Notes under the pieces: generated by a model
Database searches by the model: none
Seen by the model: the letters and a program-made list of their open reading frames with translations, nothing else
Told to the model about the DNA's origin: nothing
Program-made: the position numbers and the translations under genes
Shown: positions 31,554 through 43,337 of the stretch, in pieces
Position numbering within the stretch: the stretch's first letter is position 1
Layout: each line of letters begins with the position of its first letter
Source of the DNA: an uncultured Rivularia sp.
GTDB lineage: Bacteria > Cyanobacteriota > Cyanobacteriia > Cyanobacteriales > Nostocaceae
Reading direction: 5' to 3'
DNA: 64,000 nt
NCBI GenBank assembly: GCA_963665115.1
Contig: OY762007.1
Coordinates: 1,248,001-1,312,000, forward strand

Positions 31554-32141
31554 CAGCAAATTAACTTTTAGGGGAAAACGATATAGGTTTAATCCTTTAA
31601 ATAAACTTCCACCGTTTCCACCAAGAACGTTTATTCACCCAAAAAATGGCTGGTGTCATTATCGTAGTTATAATATTTCTTATTTAATAGCCTATCACTA
31701 ACTATTCTCAACTACTGATAAATAAATCACCAACTTCAAGATAATACTCTAAAAAAATATTAATTATTCACCTTCAGTCAAGCCTGAATGGATTAAAAAT
31801 CCAAAAAACACTTTACTAGAAACTAATCACGGAAAATATTCGAGTTGCTAAGTCAATGAAAAAACAATTGACAAAATATATCAACTAATTTATTCTGATT
31901 ATTTATACATCAGGATGTCAGTTTTTGACAAAGAATTGTGCTCATACCAGCCATAAGCACATATTCTTCACTCATCTCATGCCGAGTGTTTACGTTTTGT
32001 AATAAGTTAAAAACATGGATTTTGGATATTCCCCGGAATGCAGACAGTGCTAGTCTGGGGATTGATTGATGCTGTTTACTCGTGAGTCGGGCAATTTACA
32101 AGTTTTTTAATTTGGATAAAAATTTTGTTTCCCTAATATAA

Positions 32142-32251
32142 TTATTGACAAAAGTATTCAATAACTCTAAAGTGATATTCATCATGCTCTTAATAGAAAT
32201 CTTTATATATAGCTTTTAGAGAAAATACAAGAATAATTCTTGAGAATTATT
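32142..32251. promoter_or_regulatory. Candidate Fur-type operators upstream of TonB receptor
   Basis: TTATTGA-N9-TCAATAA (32142-32164) and perfect AATAATTCT-TG-AGAATTATT (32232-32251), in an iron-uptake context. Confidence 0.55.
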
Positions 32252-32325
32252 GTTGCAGCGAAAAATATCAAGGGTGACTGTGGCTGAAAGTTTATAACTA
32301 TTCTCACCATTAGGTCTTAATAAAA

Positions 32326-34656
32326 ATGAATCTCAAATATTGGTACGTATTACTCTTCAATGTTGTATTCCTGAATCTAGGAATCCTACCCGTAACGCTG
32401 GCTGAATCTGCATCACCCAAAATTAAAAATTTAGAGGAGATAGAACAGTTTAGTACCAGCGCTCAAGATTTACTCAAGGAACCGAAAAGCAACGAAAGTA
32501 AAATAGCCCAAGCAGAATCAGAGAAAGAGAGAGAAGAAGAAGAAACCCAAGAAGCCGATATCGAAATTACGGTGACGGGGACTCGGAGCGATCGCCCTGT
32601 GAAAGATACTCCCGGAAACATTACTGTGATTGAATCTGAGGATATTGATAAACAGTTAATCAAAGATTTAGCAGATTTAATTCGCTACGAACCGGGGGTT
32701 TCTGTAAGGAATGGTCGCAACCGTGGGAATCAAGATTTTACCATTCGCGGTATTGGTGGTAATCGGGTATTGATTCAGGTTGATGGAATTCGGCAGCCTG
32801 ATAATAACACTCAAACAAATACTTCACGTAACTATTTCGATTTGGAAACTCTAAAACGAGTCGAAATCATAAGAGGACCAGCTTCTACTCTCTATGGAAG
32901 TGATGCTATCGGGGGTGCAGTTTCATTTATTACTAAAGACCCAGAAGACTATCTGTTTCTATCTGATGGACCTTCATACGGTAGCGTTAAATATACCTAT
33001 GACAGTACCGATGAAAGTCGTAAATTAACTGGAGTCATTGCAGCGGAAAGCGAAGATGGAAAATTTCAAGCTTCAGCAGCTTTGACTAGTACTACTGGTT
33101 CAGAGTTTAAAAATTATGGTACTGCTATAGCTGATCCTCAAGATAATAATACTTTGAACTTTATTGGGAAAATAGTCTTTAAACCTAACGACAGCAATAC
33201 TTTTAAGTTAACAGGAGAAAGATTCAACAGCAACGCCGATACTAATTTACTTAGTAGTTTGGGAACCTCTCGGGGTTTGACAATCTTTGATAGTTCTGCT
33301 GAGTATGAAAACCAGCGTTATCGCATCAGCTTAGGACAGGAATACGATAATCCCGGTAATAATTGGTTGCAGAAGTTTAGATGGCAAGTTTATTACCAGG
33401 ATGCGGAAGCGTCAGAAGAAGTTAACAGCTTGCGTGGTCGAGGTCCTGTTGTTACAACTCGTCGAGAAGATGTTAATACCTTTGAGCAAAGCGTCTTTGG
33501 TGGAGATGTCCAGTTTGAGAGCAATTTTCAAACGGGTAGTATAGACCATCGTTTAGTTTATGGTTTTGAGATATTCAATACCGATACTTCTCGTCCTCGG
33601 GATAGAACAGAAACAGATTTAAATACAGGTGCAATAAATAAGGTTGTACTTGGTGAAACCTATCCCAACAAAACTTTTCCCGACACTGAAACTTTGAGAT
33701 TTCGTCTTTACGTACAGGATGAAATTGAATTGGCTAATAATCGTCTGACTCTTATTCCTGGATTGAGCTTTGATTACTATAAACTGACAGCTAATCCAGA
33801 CCAAGATTTTCAGAATATCAACATCGACAATTACGAAGTCGAAGATTTTGATGCTTCTGCTTTTTCTCCTAAATTGGGGGTTGTCTATAAAGTGACTCCA
33901 GAATTATCAGCATACGCTCAATATGCGCGTGGTTTCCGCAGTCCTCCCTACGATGATGCGAATATCGCTTTCACTAATTTCTTATTTGGTTATACTGTTC
34001 TTCCCAACAATAATTTAGAACCTGAAACCAGCGACAGTTACGAAATAGGAGTTAAGGGTGGTTATTCCCAATTCGACTTTACTTTGGCAGGGTTTTATAA
34101 CCGCTACAAAAACTTTATAGATACTGAGCAAATTGGTACAACATCTATTGGGGGTCGAGATTTTCTCCAGTTCCAATCACAAAATATTGATTCAGCAGAA
34201 ATATATGGTGTAGAAGCAAAAGCTGAATACCGTTTGAGTCCAGCTAAACACGGTTTGAGTTTAATTGGTAGTTTAGCTTGGGCTGAGGGTAATAATTTAG
34301 AAAATAATCAACCTTTGGATACTGTAGACCCATTTCAAGCAGTAGTTGGACTGCGTTATCGGGCACCAGAAGACCGTTGGGGAAGCGAGTTAGTGACCAC
34401 ATTTGTTGCAGCAAATGACCGCGCTGCTGAAACTGGAACTAATTTATTTATTCCCGACAGCTACTTTACTTTAGATTTATTGGGCTACTATAAATTCAGC
34501 GACAAAGTTTCTTTGAATGTTGGTTTATTTAACTTACTAGATAAGAAATATTGGAAGTGGCAAGATGTGAGAGAATTGACAAATGATTCTCCAGAAATTG
34601 CACGTAGAACATTACCCGGTTTCAATGCTACTGTTGGCTTGAAAGTTATATTTTAA
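32326..34656 (+). CDS. TonB-dependent receptor, heme/hemoglobin-receptor type
   Basis: ITVTGTR TonB box; IRYEPGV; VEIIRGPASTLYGSDAIGG; FRSP and NNNLEPE (FRAP/NPNL-like); terminal F. Confidence 0.9.
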   Translation: MNLKYWYVLLFNVVFLNLGILPVTLAESASPKIKNLEEIEQFSTSAQDLLKEPKSNESKIAQAESEKEREEEETQEADIEITVTGTRSDRPVKDTPGNITVIESEDIDKQLIKDLADLIRYEPGVSVRNGRNRGNQDFTIRGIGGNRVLIQVDGIRQPDNNTQTNTSRNYFDLETLKRVEIIRGPASTLYGSDAIGGAVSFITKDPEDYLFLSDGPSYGSVKYTYDSTDESRKLTGVIAAESEDGKFQASAALTSTTGSEFKNYGTAIADPQDNNTLNFIGKIVFKPNDSNTFKLTGERFNSNADTNLLSSLGTSRGLTIFDSSAEYENQRYRISLGQEYDNPGNNWLQKFRWQVYYQDAEASEEVNSLRGRGPVVTTRREDVNTFEQSVFGGDVQFESNFQTGSIDHRLVYGFEIFNTDTSRPRDRTETDLNTGAINKVVLGETYPNKTFPDTETLRFRLYVQDEIELANNRLTLIPGLSFDYYKLTANPDQDFQNINIDNYEVEDFDASAFSPKLGVVYKVTPELSAYAQYARGFRSPPYDDANIAFTNFLFGYTVLPNNNLEPETSDSYEIGVKGGYSQFDFTLAGFYNRYKNFIDTEQIGTTSIGGRDFLQFQSQNIDSAEIYGVEAKAEYRLSPAKHGLSLIGSLAWAEGNNLENNQPLDTVDPFQAVVGLRYRAPEDRWGSELVTTFVAANDRAAETGTNLFIPDSYFTLDLLGYYKFSDKVSLNVGLFNLLDKKYWKWQDVRELTNDSPEIARRTLPGFNATVGLKVIF

Positions 34657-34771
34657 TTCATCAAATTGTGTACGATCATACTGGAATCAGAAACACGATT
34701 TTTTGAAAAAACCAAGTTTATTAACATATCAAAATATAATTAAATTAGATTAGGTTCTTATTCTCATAGCC

Positions 34772-35698
34772 ATGTATAAGATTTTCAAAATTCGCACAAT
34801 TGCTATTTTATTGAATTTACTTTTAATAGCTTGTAATTCTACGACTACCGAAAATAATCAAAACTCAGAAAATTCTGCTGATTCAACTACTACAACTCAA
34901 GTAACAGAAAATCAAGTTTCTAAACCTAAAATTGAAAATGCGAAAAGAGTTGTTGCTTTAACATCATTATCAGCGGATATTATACACAGACTTGACGCGA
35001 CAAAACTAGTTGGTATTCCCGGTAGTAGATTACTGAGAAAAGATGAGCGTTTTCAGAAACTACCAGCAGTAAGTGAAGGAAGAACTCCTCCAAATATAGA
35101 AAAAATAGTTGCTCTCAAACCAGATTTGGTTATTGGTGCGGTTGGATTTCACGACCAAACGTTTAAAAAATTAAAAGATTTAGGAATTACAACTTTAGCC
35201 GGTGAAACAAATAGTTGGGGTTCTTTAATTGAACATACAAAAAAGTTAGCTGAAGCTACAAATACAGACCCAACACCTTTATTAAATAAATACGATTCAT
35301 TTCTAAAAGATATACCAGATAAAAAAGATTCTATTCTGGTACTAGTCAGCAGCCAACCAGTTTTATCTCCTAATAAAAATAGCTGGACTGGAGACTTGTT
35401 AAATAAGTTTAATGCGAATAATTTAACAGCCAACTTACAAGGGGATTCATCAGTTGGACAAGGTTACGTAACACTTTCAGAAGAAAAAATTGTTCAAGAA
35501 AATCCCGAAATATTGTTAGTAGTAGATCCATCCAGAGCAGGAGTTATTAATCAGTTAAAGTCAAAGTCTTTTTGGAATCAACTAAAAGCTGCTCAAAACG
35601 AGCAAGTTTATGTCTTTGATTATTATGGGTTAGTAAATCCTGGTAGTATTGATAAAATCGAAGAAACTAGCAATCAGTTGAAGAAAATATTGAAGTAA
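34772..35698 (+). CDS. Iron-chelate ABC transporter substrate-binding lipoprotein
   Basis: LIAC lipobox; PNIEKIVALKPDLVI. Confidence 0.9.
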   Translation: MYKIFKIRTIAILLNLLLIACNSTTTENNQNSENSADSTTTTQVTENQVSKPKIENAKRVVALTSLSADIIHRLDATKLVGIPGSRLLRKDERFQKLPAVSEGRTPPNIEKIVALKPDLVIGAVGFHDQTFKKLKDLGITTLAGETNSWGSLIEHTKKLAEATNTDPTPLLNKYDSFLKDIPDKKDSILVLVSSQPVLSPNKNSWTGDLLNKFNANNLTANLQGDSSVGQGYVTLSEEKIVQENPEILLVVDPSRAGVINQLKSKSFWNQLKAAQNEQVYVFDYYGLVNPGSIDKIEETSNQLKKILK

Positions 35699-35901
35699 TA
35701 GACATCTCCGGAAATAAACAAAAACCCCTCTCCATGAACGCGTTCACGCCTTCGGCGTGCGGCTCAGCGTTTTCTCGTAGAGTATCTCTCCCCCACAGGG
35801 AGAGAGGCTTAATTTTCCCCCTTCCCTCGTAGGGAAGGGGGGTAGGGGGTTAGGTTTTACCGAAAAGTTGAAACCATACAAATCTTTTCCGGAGATGTCT
35901 A
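35699..35901. mobile_element. MITE with perfect 16-bp TIR and nested REP-like elements
   Basis: TAGACATCTCCGGAAA ... TTTCCGGAGATGTCTA; a lone identical end at 63641. Confidence 0.8.
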
Positions 35902-36106
35902 ATCGATTTCATTGGAAAACCGAAAAGCTTGTAGAGACGTGCATAGTATTGCCTCTCTACATCTAAATTCATACCCGGATTCAGCAACCTCTTTCCCCGT
36001 TCCCTAGCACTTTATTAGATAAATGGGCTTTTAAATTCTATTACTGAGAAGATAATTCGGTGACAATGGTGTAAAAATAGATCCGATAATTATTCAAAAA
36101 TGTTAA

Positions 36107-37864
36107 GTGTTCATTCTATATTTTCCATATCGAAGACTAAATAAAGCTACGTGTATTTTTATTCTCGTCAGCTTTTGTTGTTCTATTTGTAACTCCGTGC
36201 TTGCTGTAGTCCCGGAAATAATAACCCAAGCACCAAATCCGGAAGGTGACTTCAATCAAGAACGCTTTCCTCAACCAGCCCCAAGTCTCGAACCCCTAAA
36301 GCCAAAACAGCAGCAGTTACAGCCATCTCCTACATTTACTGAGCCTCCATCAAATCTTGAGGGTGACGAAGTTAAAATTATAGTTAATAAGATCCAAATC
36401 ACCGGAAGTACTGTTTTTGACTCCGAAGATTTTGAGCCAATCGTTGAGCAAGTACAAGGTAAAAGTGTCACCTTAGCAGAATTAAGAAAGGTTGCCGATG
36501 CGATTACTGAGTTGTATTTAGCACGAGATTATATTACTTCAAGAGCAATTCTAGTCAACCAGAAAATAACCGATGGTGTGGTGCAAATTCGCGTCATTGA
36601 AGGTTCCTTAGAAAAAATCGAAATTGAGGGAACCCAGCGTTTGCAAAAAAAATATGTGCGATCGCGCTTGCTCCGTGGTGGAAAAAAGCCTTTATCAAAT
36701 AGAGGTTTGGAAGAACAGTTAAGATTGTTGCGCTTTGACCCAAATATTGACAATATAGAAGCTAGTTTACTCCCTGGAAGTGATTTCGGTCAAAGTATTT
36801 TAACGGTGCGAGTCATTGAAACGGAACCATTTCAAGTAGATTTAGGAGTTGATAATTATTCCCCACCAAGCGTAGGTTCGGAAAGATTGGGGATAAATAC
36901 GGTATATCGCAATCTAATGGGTATTGGTGATGAAGTTAGAGCATCCTATTATCGTTCTACAAGGGGTGGTTCAAATATTTTCGATTTTAGTTATCGAGTA
37001 CCGTTAAATGCTAAAAATGGGACTTTACAATTAAGAACAGCAATTAACAATAATAAAGTTGTGCAGCCACCTTTTGATGCTTTTGACATCCGGGGAGAAT
37101 CGCAACTCTATGAAATCAGTTACAGTCAACCATTAATTAGAACACCCCGCGAAGAATTTGCATTATCCCTCGGTTTCAGCCTGCAAAACGGTCAAACCTT
37201 TACCTTTGCTGGAGCAACCCCCTTTGGTTTTGGCCCCGACGCAGAAGGAAACAGCCGCACCCGTGTTGTAAAATTCGGACAAGACTACGTGCGAAGAGAT
37301 GCCAACGGTGCATGGCAAATTAGGTCATTACTTAGTTTAGGAACTGGTTTATTTGATGCCACTGTTAATTCAAATCCCGTTCCCGATGCGCGTTTTTTCA
37401 GTTGGTTAGGACAGTTGCAGCGAGTACAGCGCTTGAATAAAAATCACTTATTAATTACTCAACTCGACTTGCAATTAACACCCAACGGGTTATTACCATC
37501 CCAGCAATTTGTAGTGGGTGGAGGGCAATCACTAAGGGGTTATCGTCAAAACGTGCGAGCGGGAGACAACGGGGTTCGTTTTTCCATAGAAGACAGAATA
37601 ACCGTAGGAAGAGACGCATCGGGGAATCCTTCATTACAAATAGCACCATTTTTTGATGCAGGTGTAGTTTGGAACATCGATGACAACCCAAACCTCCAAC
37701 CAAGACAAACATTTTTAGCCGGAGTCGGAATGGGAATATTATGGCAACCAATACCAAAATTAAATTTAAAACTGGATTACGGTGTACCACTGATTGAATT
37801 AGACGATAAAGGCAATAACGCTCAAGATGAAGGGTTTTACTTTAGCGTCGGTTATCAGCTTTAA
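36107..37864 (+). CDS. ShlB/FhaC/HecB-family two-partner secretion outer-membrane protein (TpsB)
   Basis: POTRA motifs ([15 protein letters not shown]), [24 protein letters not shown]-terminal FYFSVGYQL. Confidence 0.9.
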   Translation: MFILYFPYRRLNKATCIFILVSFCCSICNSVLAVVPEIITQAPNPEGDFNQERFPQPAPSLEPLKPKQQQLQPSPTFTEPPSNLEGDEVKIIVNKIQITGSTVFDSEDFEPIVEQVQGKSVTLAELRKVADAITELYLARDYITSRAILVNQKITDGVVQIRVIEGSLEKIEIEGTQRLQKKYVRSRLLRGGKKPLSNRGLEEQLRLLRFDPNIDNIEASLLPGSDFGQSILTVRVIETEPFQVDLGVDNYSPPSVGSERLGINTVYRNLMGIGDEVRASYYRSTRGGSNIFDFSYRVPLNAKNGTLQLRTAINNNKVVQPPFDAFDIRGESQLYEISYSQPLIRTPREEFALSLGFSLQNGQTFTFAGATPFGFGPDAEGNSRTRVVKFGQDYVRRDANGAWQIRSLLSLGTGLFDATVNSNPVPDARFFSWLGQLQRVQRLNKNHLLITQLDLQLTPNGLLPSQQFVVGGGQSLRGYRQNVRAGDNGVRFSIEDRITVGRDASGNPSLQIAPFFDAGVVWNIDDNPNLQPRQTFLAGVGMGILWQPIPKLNLKLDYGVPLIELDDKGNNAQDEGFYFSVGYQL

Positions 37865-38278
37865 GGAGTAGGGAGTAGAAAGTAGAAAGTAGAAAGTAGG
37901 GAGTAGGGAGTAGGGAGTAGGGAGTAGGGAGTAGGGAGTAGAAAGTAGGGAGTAGGGAGTAGGGAGTAGAAAGTAGAGAGTTGAAAGTAGTGAGTTGAGA
38001 GTAGTGAGATGGGAGTTGGAAGTTGGGAGTAGAGTCATTCCAGTTAATTTCCGTAGTGCGTTAGCGAAGCATATAACACTTGTTTCTTCCGCAGGAATTA
38101 CTATAAAGTACATATTCTTTCTTATTATCCGCTAATTAAGCATCTATTCCCGACGGCGTTACTCATTACTTTCGACTCACAACTCTCTACTCACTACTCA
38201 CAACTCTCTACTCACAACTCTCTACTCTCTACTCACTACTTACTACTTACTACTCTCTACTCACAACTCTCTACTCTC
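37864..38278. repeat. STRR heptamer arrays in inverted arrangement between convergent genes
   Basis: (G/A)(G/A)AGTAG units at 37864-38035 and CTCTACT/CACAACT units at 38175-38278. Confidence 0.85.
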
Positions 38279-41200
38279 TACCAAGGGCTACCAACTAAAG
38301 TAAAAGATGACCAATAATAAGGATGTACGAGTTTTTTAGTTCTTCCAGCTAAGGATGGAATGGGAATAATATTTTTAGATTGCGGTAGCTGTAATATTCC
38401 TTTTTCTAAAAACATCTCTCCTTTAATCATGGCAATTTGAGTTTGTCGTAAAGCTTCGGCTTTGATGGGTGTTTGTTTCAACTGCTGATAAAACTGCGCC
38501 ATTAATCCCAAGGTACCTTCATCGCTAACATACCAAAGACTACCTAATGCAGATTTTACCCCAGCTTGAACGGCAAGTCCGGCAAAACCTAATTCTGCTT
38601 CTCTGTCTCCTAATGCTGTTCGACAAGCACTTAAAGTTAATAATTCAACTGGTGGGTTATTCCATCCCATTTTTCTAACTTCATCCAACCGCAATTTTGT
38701 ATTTGATAGTTGAATGTAGGAATTTTGGATTTTTCCGGGACGAAATTCTGCATGAGTTGCTAGGTGAATAATGCCAAAAGGCTGTTCTCTACGTTGAGAT
38801 TTGAGGTTTTCTAAAGTGAAACTATTATTGAGAAATGATTTACCTTTCCATTGTTTGGAAATATTATTAATTTCTAAAGATGCCGCAGGTAAAGGATTTT
38901 GCTCTTCAAATTCTGAAGCTCCCATTGCTAAAATTTTAGCTTGTTTAATATCGGTATAATTGGTATTCGTCAGGCTGAGACTGGGCATTAAACCAAGACT
39001 ATATTGTTCTACAAGAAAACTGTTACCGTCATGTAATGCAGCAAATGGTATGGAACGTAATCCTACATCTGTAACAAAAGTTAAGTTTTCAATTCCTTCG
39101 GCTTGCAATTCTTCTTGTACCGGAGCTATCAACCATTGATAAAGCTGTTGCGCGGATTTTAAATAAGTGGTTGTGCTGCTTTTTCGAGGATTGGAAACTT
39201 CACGTTGAAATTTTCGCGCTACTTTTAAAATTTCTGCACGGGTTGCACCGGGTATTTTTTTACGAATTGGCTTTCCTTTAGCTGTAACAATGAGGATTTC
39301 TAAGACATCGCTGTCTTTTTTAAGATTAGTTTTTGCATTTTTGAGTTTTGAATTTTCGAGATTATTCTCAGCTTCGGGAGAAAGGCTTTCAGGTACAAAC
39401 ATTGCATATACTAAAGCTGGTTTTATACCACTAGCTTTTTCAACCTCACTCAATATGTCTCGTGCTTCTGGTAATCCTTTAAGGTTAATCTTACCTATAT
39501 CGACCAGATGACTTTTAAATGCATTAGTAAAAGAATCTTCTACCTCACCCATCATCATATCAACTTCAACTCGATTATTTGCCTTGAATGTTGTATCTGG
39601 TGTGAATAAAAGTGGTGCTTCCGATTGTGGTGGTGCTGGTAAATTCGGTTCCTGTTCGGGTTGAGCAACATTTACGTTAATTTGAGCAGGAGTAGAAACT
39701 GAAATTTTATCATTAGCAACAATTGTAAAAGCATTTATTTCCCCCGTTGTATTGGTAGGAGGAGTATATTCTAAAGTATCTTCTGAGGTGATAATATCTC
39801 CAGAATTTGCTTCGCTACCGTTAATTTTTAAAGTTCCTCCGACTGAAATTTCGTTTATTTGTAGTTCTGTAATATCGTTATTTGCATCGCTAACCTGAGT
39901 AGCAATATCTGCCAAACTAAAGGTAATAGGTTGATTATCTTCGGCAATATTTAGAGTAGGATTAACTGTGACTTCGGGAGGAGTATTATTAAAAGTAATG
40001 CCGATCTTTCCTTGAGTTTCTGTACCGGCATTGGGAAATTCAGTAGTAGGTGAAATGATATCATCACCAGCATTAATTGCATTAGCGGTACCGTTAATGG
40101 TAGCATCTCCAACAATAAACGGAACGTTTTCTATAGTTCCATCGTGACGAATTTCGACAGTTCCAGATGATTCTTCTCCGGCTGTATAAATGGTATTTTC
40201 CGATGCTAATTCGATTAATTTTAATTCAAGACCTTCGTCTATTTCTATTTCTTCCGGAAGTCGAAACCATTCCGGTAATTCTAGTATTTGGACAACATCT
40301 TCTACCTCCTCGCCCTGTAAATCACCACCTATATATAGTCCTCCCCTTACGGTACCATTGTCAGCAATAATTTTGACATCTCCACCTTTCCCAACAGGAA
40401 TATTTCCTTCATCAAAATTGGTAGTGTTTGAGGTTTGAACGCGGTCAAAAATGATATTTTCTCCAGAAGTAATATTTACATTACCAGCAACAATGTTATT
40501 AGCAGAAGCACCCGACACAACAAAAGATTCAATATCCTGTATCACAATATTGCCGTCTGCTGTTAAATTGATATTCCCAGCTATTCCATTATCAGAATTA
40601 GCAAACAAATCAACAGAAGAAGTAATTGGGCCAGTAAGAATATCGCCGATTGCTTTTAAATTAACTTCTCCTCCAAAGGTATTATTAGATAATGGAATGA
40701 AGAATGATAAACCATTAACATTTACAGAAGAATCAATTGCGGCTACAAAAATATCACCACCTGAATCAATATTAATTTTTCCTGCTGAAATATCATTTGC
40801 GCTTCCTATAAATACGGAAGAATCGATACCGTCTTGTACAACAATATTTCCTCCCGCTTTTAAGTTTATTTCCCCAGCAGAAATTTGGTTCGCATCCTCA
40901 GATAAGCTTGCAGAAGAAAGAATAGTGTCTTCGACAAAAATCTTACCCCCAGCTTCCAAATTAATATTTCCTCCAGTAATATTATTTGCACCGAATAAGT
41001 TGATAGAAGAATCAATATCTATCGTAGAAATATCACCCCCTGCTTTTAAGTTTATTTCACCTCCAATTACATTATTTACAGGTGTTTCTTCCAAACTGTA
41101 TTCAGTCAATATATTACCTGTAGTAATATTTCCGGGAGCGCTGATAATTACTCTACCAGCAGTTGCAGTAACTTCATTGTCAAAAAGACTGGTGGAAATA

Positions 41201-42795
41201 TCCCCATTAACTGTTACATTTGCAGGTGACGTAATTGAACCGCTATTATTAAAAGATGTACCTTCAACAGTAGTAGGTGGATTATTCAAACCAAAAGGAT
41301 AATTAAAAGTAGGTTCTTCAAGCTCGCTAACTCCAGCCCTTAAAATTAATGCAGCTTCATTCGCTAAAATTTGAGCATCAGCCGAACAACTTGATTCGCA
41401 TAAAATAGCATCCGGGCTGGTAATTTCAATATCACCTTCTACCGTAATGCTACCTTTCGACTCAACTTTTAAAGCCGCACCTGCATAACTACCAAAGGTA
41501 ACATCTTCCTCAGAACTAATAATTGGGTCGTAAAGACTGATAAACTTACCACCATCACCCCGTAAATTCAGAATTGAAAATTTACCACCACTAGCAAAGT
41601 GAGCATCACCAGAAATTATGCCATCGCTAACTAAACTCAAATCGCCACCACTGACAAAAGGTGTTTTATCCAAGTGATTCAAAGCTAAAATATCAACTTG
41701 GCGATCGCCTTGAATATACAAATCTCCACCAGCAAGGGCAATAAATGGATTCTGGGCACTATCCCGCACCCGCACGGTATCTTTTGCTAATAAAGTCAGG
41801 TTTTCTGTGGTTTGTAACTGACTTTCTAGAAATGTTAAATTACCTGGGGCTGATAACAAAGCATTTTGAGCGTTTAAAGTTTTAACAGTTACATCACCTT
41901 GATTTACCTGTAAACTCGAACCTTTTAATTCAACTTCACCGTTACTATTGCGAACCAATTCTGTAACATGATTAGCATCTCCTCCAGTAAGCATTTGAGG
42001 TAAGGAAGCTATCGATAAATTCCATGCTTGAGGTTGAGTTTTTGCTGTAGAAATCGGCTGAATTTCCAAACTCAATAAACTTCCCGGTTGACTCAAACGC
42101 ACCAAATTTTTACCGGGAATCGCAGACACCGTAATATTTCCCAACGGTGCTTCTAACTTTCCAGTACTCGCAACTGTACCACCAAGCAAAGCTAAATTAC
42201 TTTTTTCGGTAACTCCCAGGTTTCCAGCATTGATAATCGCTGCCGGTTGACTCATGGTAAAAGCAAAACTATTAGGTTTACCCGTGAGAATCGCATAATC
42301 GTTTTTACCAAAAGCATTCAACCAATTATTCCCAAATCCAATACCGTTAGCAGTTGTAGCGGTAAAATCACCGGGTACATTTAAACTCGCATTATTACCA
42401 AACACAATTCCCGATGGATTGATCAGAAATAAATTTGAATTTCCCCCAGTCAACTGTATTAAACCATTTATAACCGAAGGATTACCCCCAGTTACCCGCC
42501 CAAATATATTTTGAATTGCAGGATTGCTAAGAAAATTCGCAATCTGATTTTTATTTAATCCCAACTCTTGAAAACTGTGAAACAGATTTTTTCCATCTTG
42601 AGAAAATTGTCCACCAGTAATATCGAATTGATTGCCATTAGGAGTGACAACAGTACCCGTTTTATCGGCTGCGGGAATTACTGATTGTGCTTGTATTTTT
42701 TCTGAATTAAATATAAATGGTACTGAGCTAACAATTATAGGCAATATTGAGGTGAGAGCAGAGAAAACACTTGCACGACGAATTAATTTGTACAT
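38278..42795 (-). CDS. Filamentous-hemagglutinin (TPS domain) exoprotein with C-terminal CHAT protease
   Basis: NLFHSF, NLFLINPSGIVFG TPS motif, acidic GGxINLxAxGxI beta-helix repeats; IHLATH and LTLSACRTA; HPYYWSSFTLVGSPW. Confidence 0.92.
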   Translation of the reverse strand: MYKLIRRASVFSALTSILPIIVSSVPFIFNSEKIQAQSVIPAADKTGTVVTPNGNQFDITGGQFSQDGKNLFHSFQELGLNKNQIANFLSNPAIQNIFGRVTGGNPSVINGLIQLTGGNSNLFLINPSGIVFGNNASLNVPGDFTATTANGIGFGNNWLNAFGKNDYAILTGKPNSFAFTMSQPAAIINAGNLGVTEKSNLALLGGTVASTGKLEAPLGNITVSAIPGKNLVRLSQPGSLLSLEIQPISTAKTQPQAWNLSIASLPQMLTGGDANHVTELVRNSNGEVELKGSSLQVNQGDVTVKTLNAQNALLSAPGNLTFLESQLQTTENLTLLAKDTVRVRDSAQNPFIALAGGDLYIQGDRQVDILALNHLDKTPFVSGGDLSLVSDGIISGDAHFASGGKFSILNLRGDGGKFISLYDPIISSEEDVTFGSYAGAALKVESKGSITVEGDIEITSPDAILCESSCSADAQILANEAALILRAGVSELEEPTFNYPFGLNNPPTTVEGTSFNNSGSITSPANVTVNGDISTSLFDNEVTATAGRVIISAPGNITTGNILTEYSLEETPVNNVIGGEINLKAGGDISTIDIDSSINLFGANNITGGNINLEAGGKIFVEDTILSSASLSEDANQISAGEINLKAGGNIVVQDGIDSSVFIGSANDISAGKINIDSGGDIFVAAIDSSVNVNGLSFFIPLSNNTFGGEVNLKAIGDILTGPITSSVDLFANSDNGIAGNINLTADGNIVIQDIESFVVSGASANNIVAGNVNITSGENIIFDRVQTSNTTNFDEGNIPVGKGGDVKIIADNGTVRGGLYIGGDLQGEEVEDVVQILELPEWFRLPEEIEIDEGLELKLIELASENTIYTAGEESSGTVEIRHDGTIENVPFIVGDATINGTANAINAGDDIISPTTEFPNAGTETQGKIGITFNNTPPEVTVNPTLNIAEDNQPITFSLADIATQVSDANNDITELQINEISVGGTLKINGSEANSGDIITSEDTLEYTPPTNTTGEINAFTIVANDKISVSTPAQINVNVAQPEQEPNLPAPPQSEAPLLFTPDTTFKANNRVEVDMMMGEVEDSFTNAFKSHLVDIGKINLKGLPEARDILSEVEKASGIKPALVYAMFVPESLSPEAENNLENSKLKNAKTNLKKDSDVLEILIVTAKGKPIRKKIPGATRAEILKVARKFQREVSNPRKSSTTTYLKSAQQLYQWLIAPVQEELQAEGIENLTFVTDVGLRSIPFAALHDGNSFLVEQYSLGLMPSLSLTNTNYTDIKQAKILAMGASEFEEQNPLPAASLEINNISKQWKGKSFLNNSFTLENLKSQRREQPFGIIHLATHAEFRPGKIQNSYIQLSNTKLRLDEVRKMGWNNPPVELLTLSACRTALGDREAELGFAGLAVQAGVKSALGSLWYVSDEGTLGLMAQFYQQLKQTPIKAEALRQTQIAMIKGEMFLEKGILQLPQSKNIIPIPSLAGRTKKLVHPYYWSSFTLVGSPW

Positions 42796-43337
42796 TTGAA
42801 TAAGAATTAATTTAAATAAAATACGATTTGTTCGTAGTGCTGCCTAAGACTATCGTCTCGCTCCGCTAACGCAGCGTGTCCGTCAGGACAAGCATCTTGC
42901 TCGCTAGTTATTACGAGTTAGCTATTACGAGCGAGCATCTTGCTCGCACTACAAATGTGTAACTTTCATAACTAACAAGGTTAACCATTCGTAGCTTTAC
43001 CTATATTGTCATATTAAATACTGAATGGCATTATCTAAAAGCAAAAAATATCCGATTATTTCAGTATTAATCGCTAGTTTTTTTCATCGCTATTGCTATT
43101 TCTCTTTACAATACATCTGGAACGAGTTTATCTAAAAAGCTTATAGATAGGCTCTGGCAGTAGTTAATAATCGTGCTATAAAGGTAGGAATAAAAAATAA
43201 TAATACTTCAGTAAATACACTTAACAAAAAGCTTCAAAAAGCTGAATTGTTATTCGCTTTTGATTGGCTTTACTAGTTTTTACCGAACAAAATTGAACAA
43301 TATAAAATTAAATGTTTTTCAAAGGAATATTGATACT

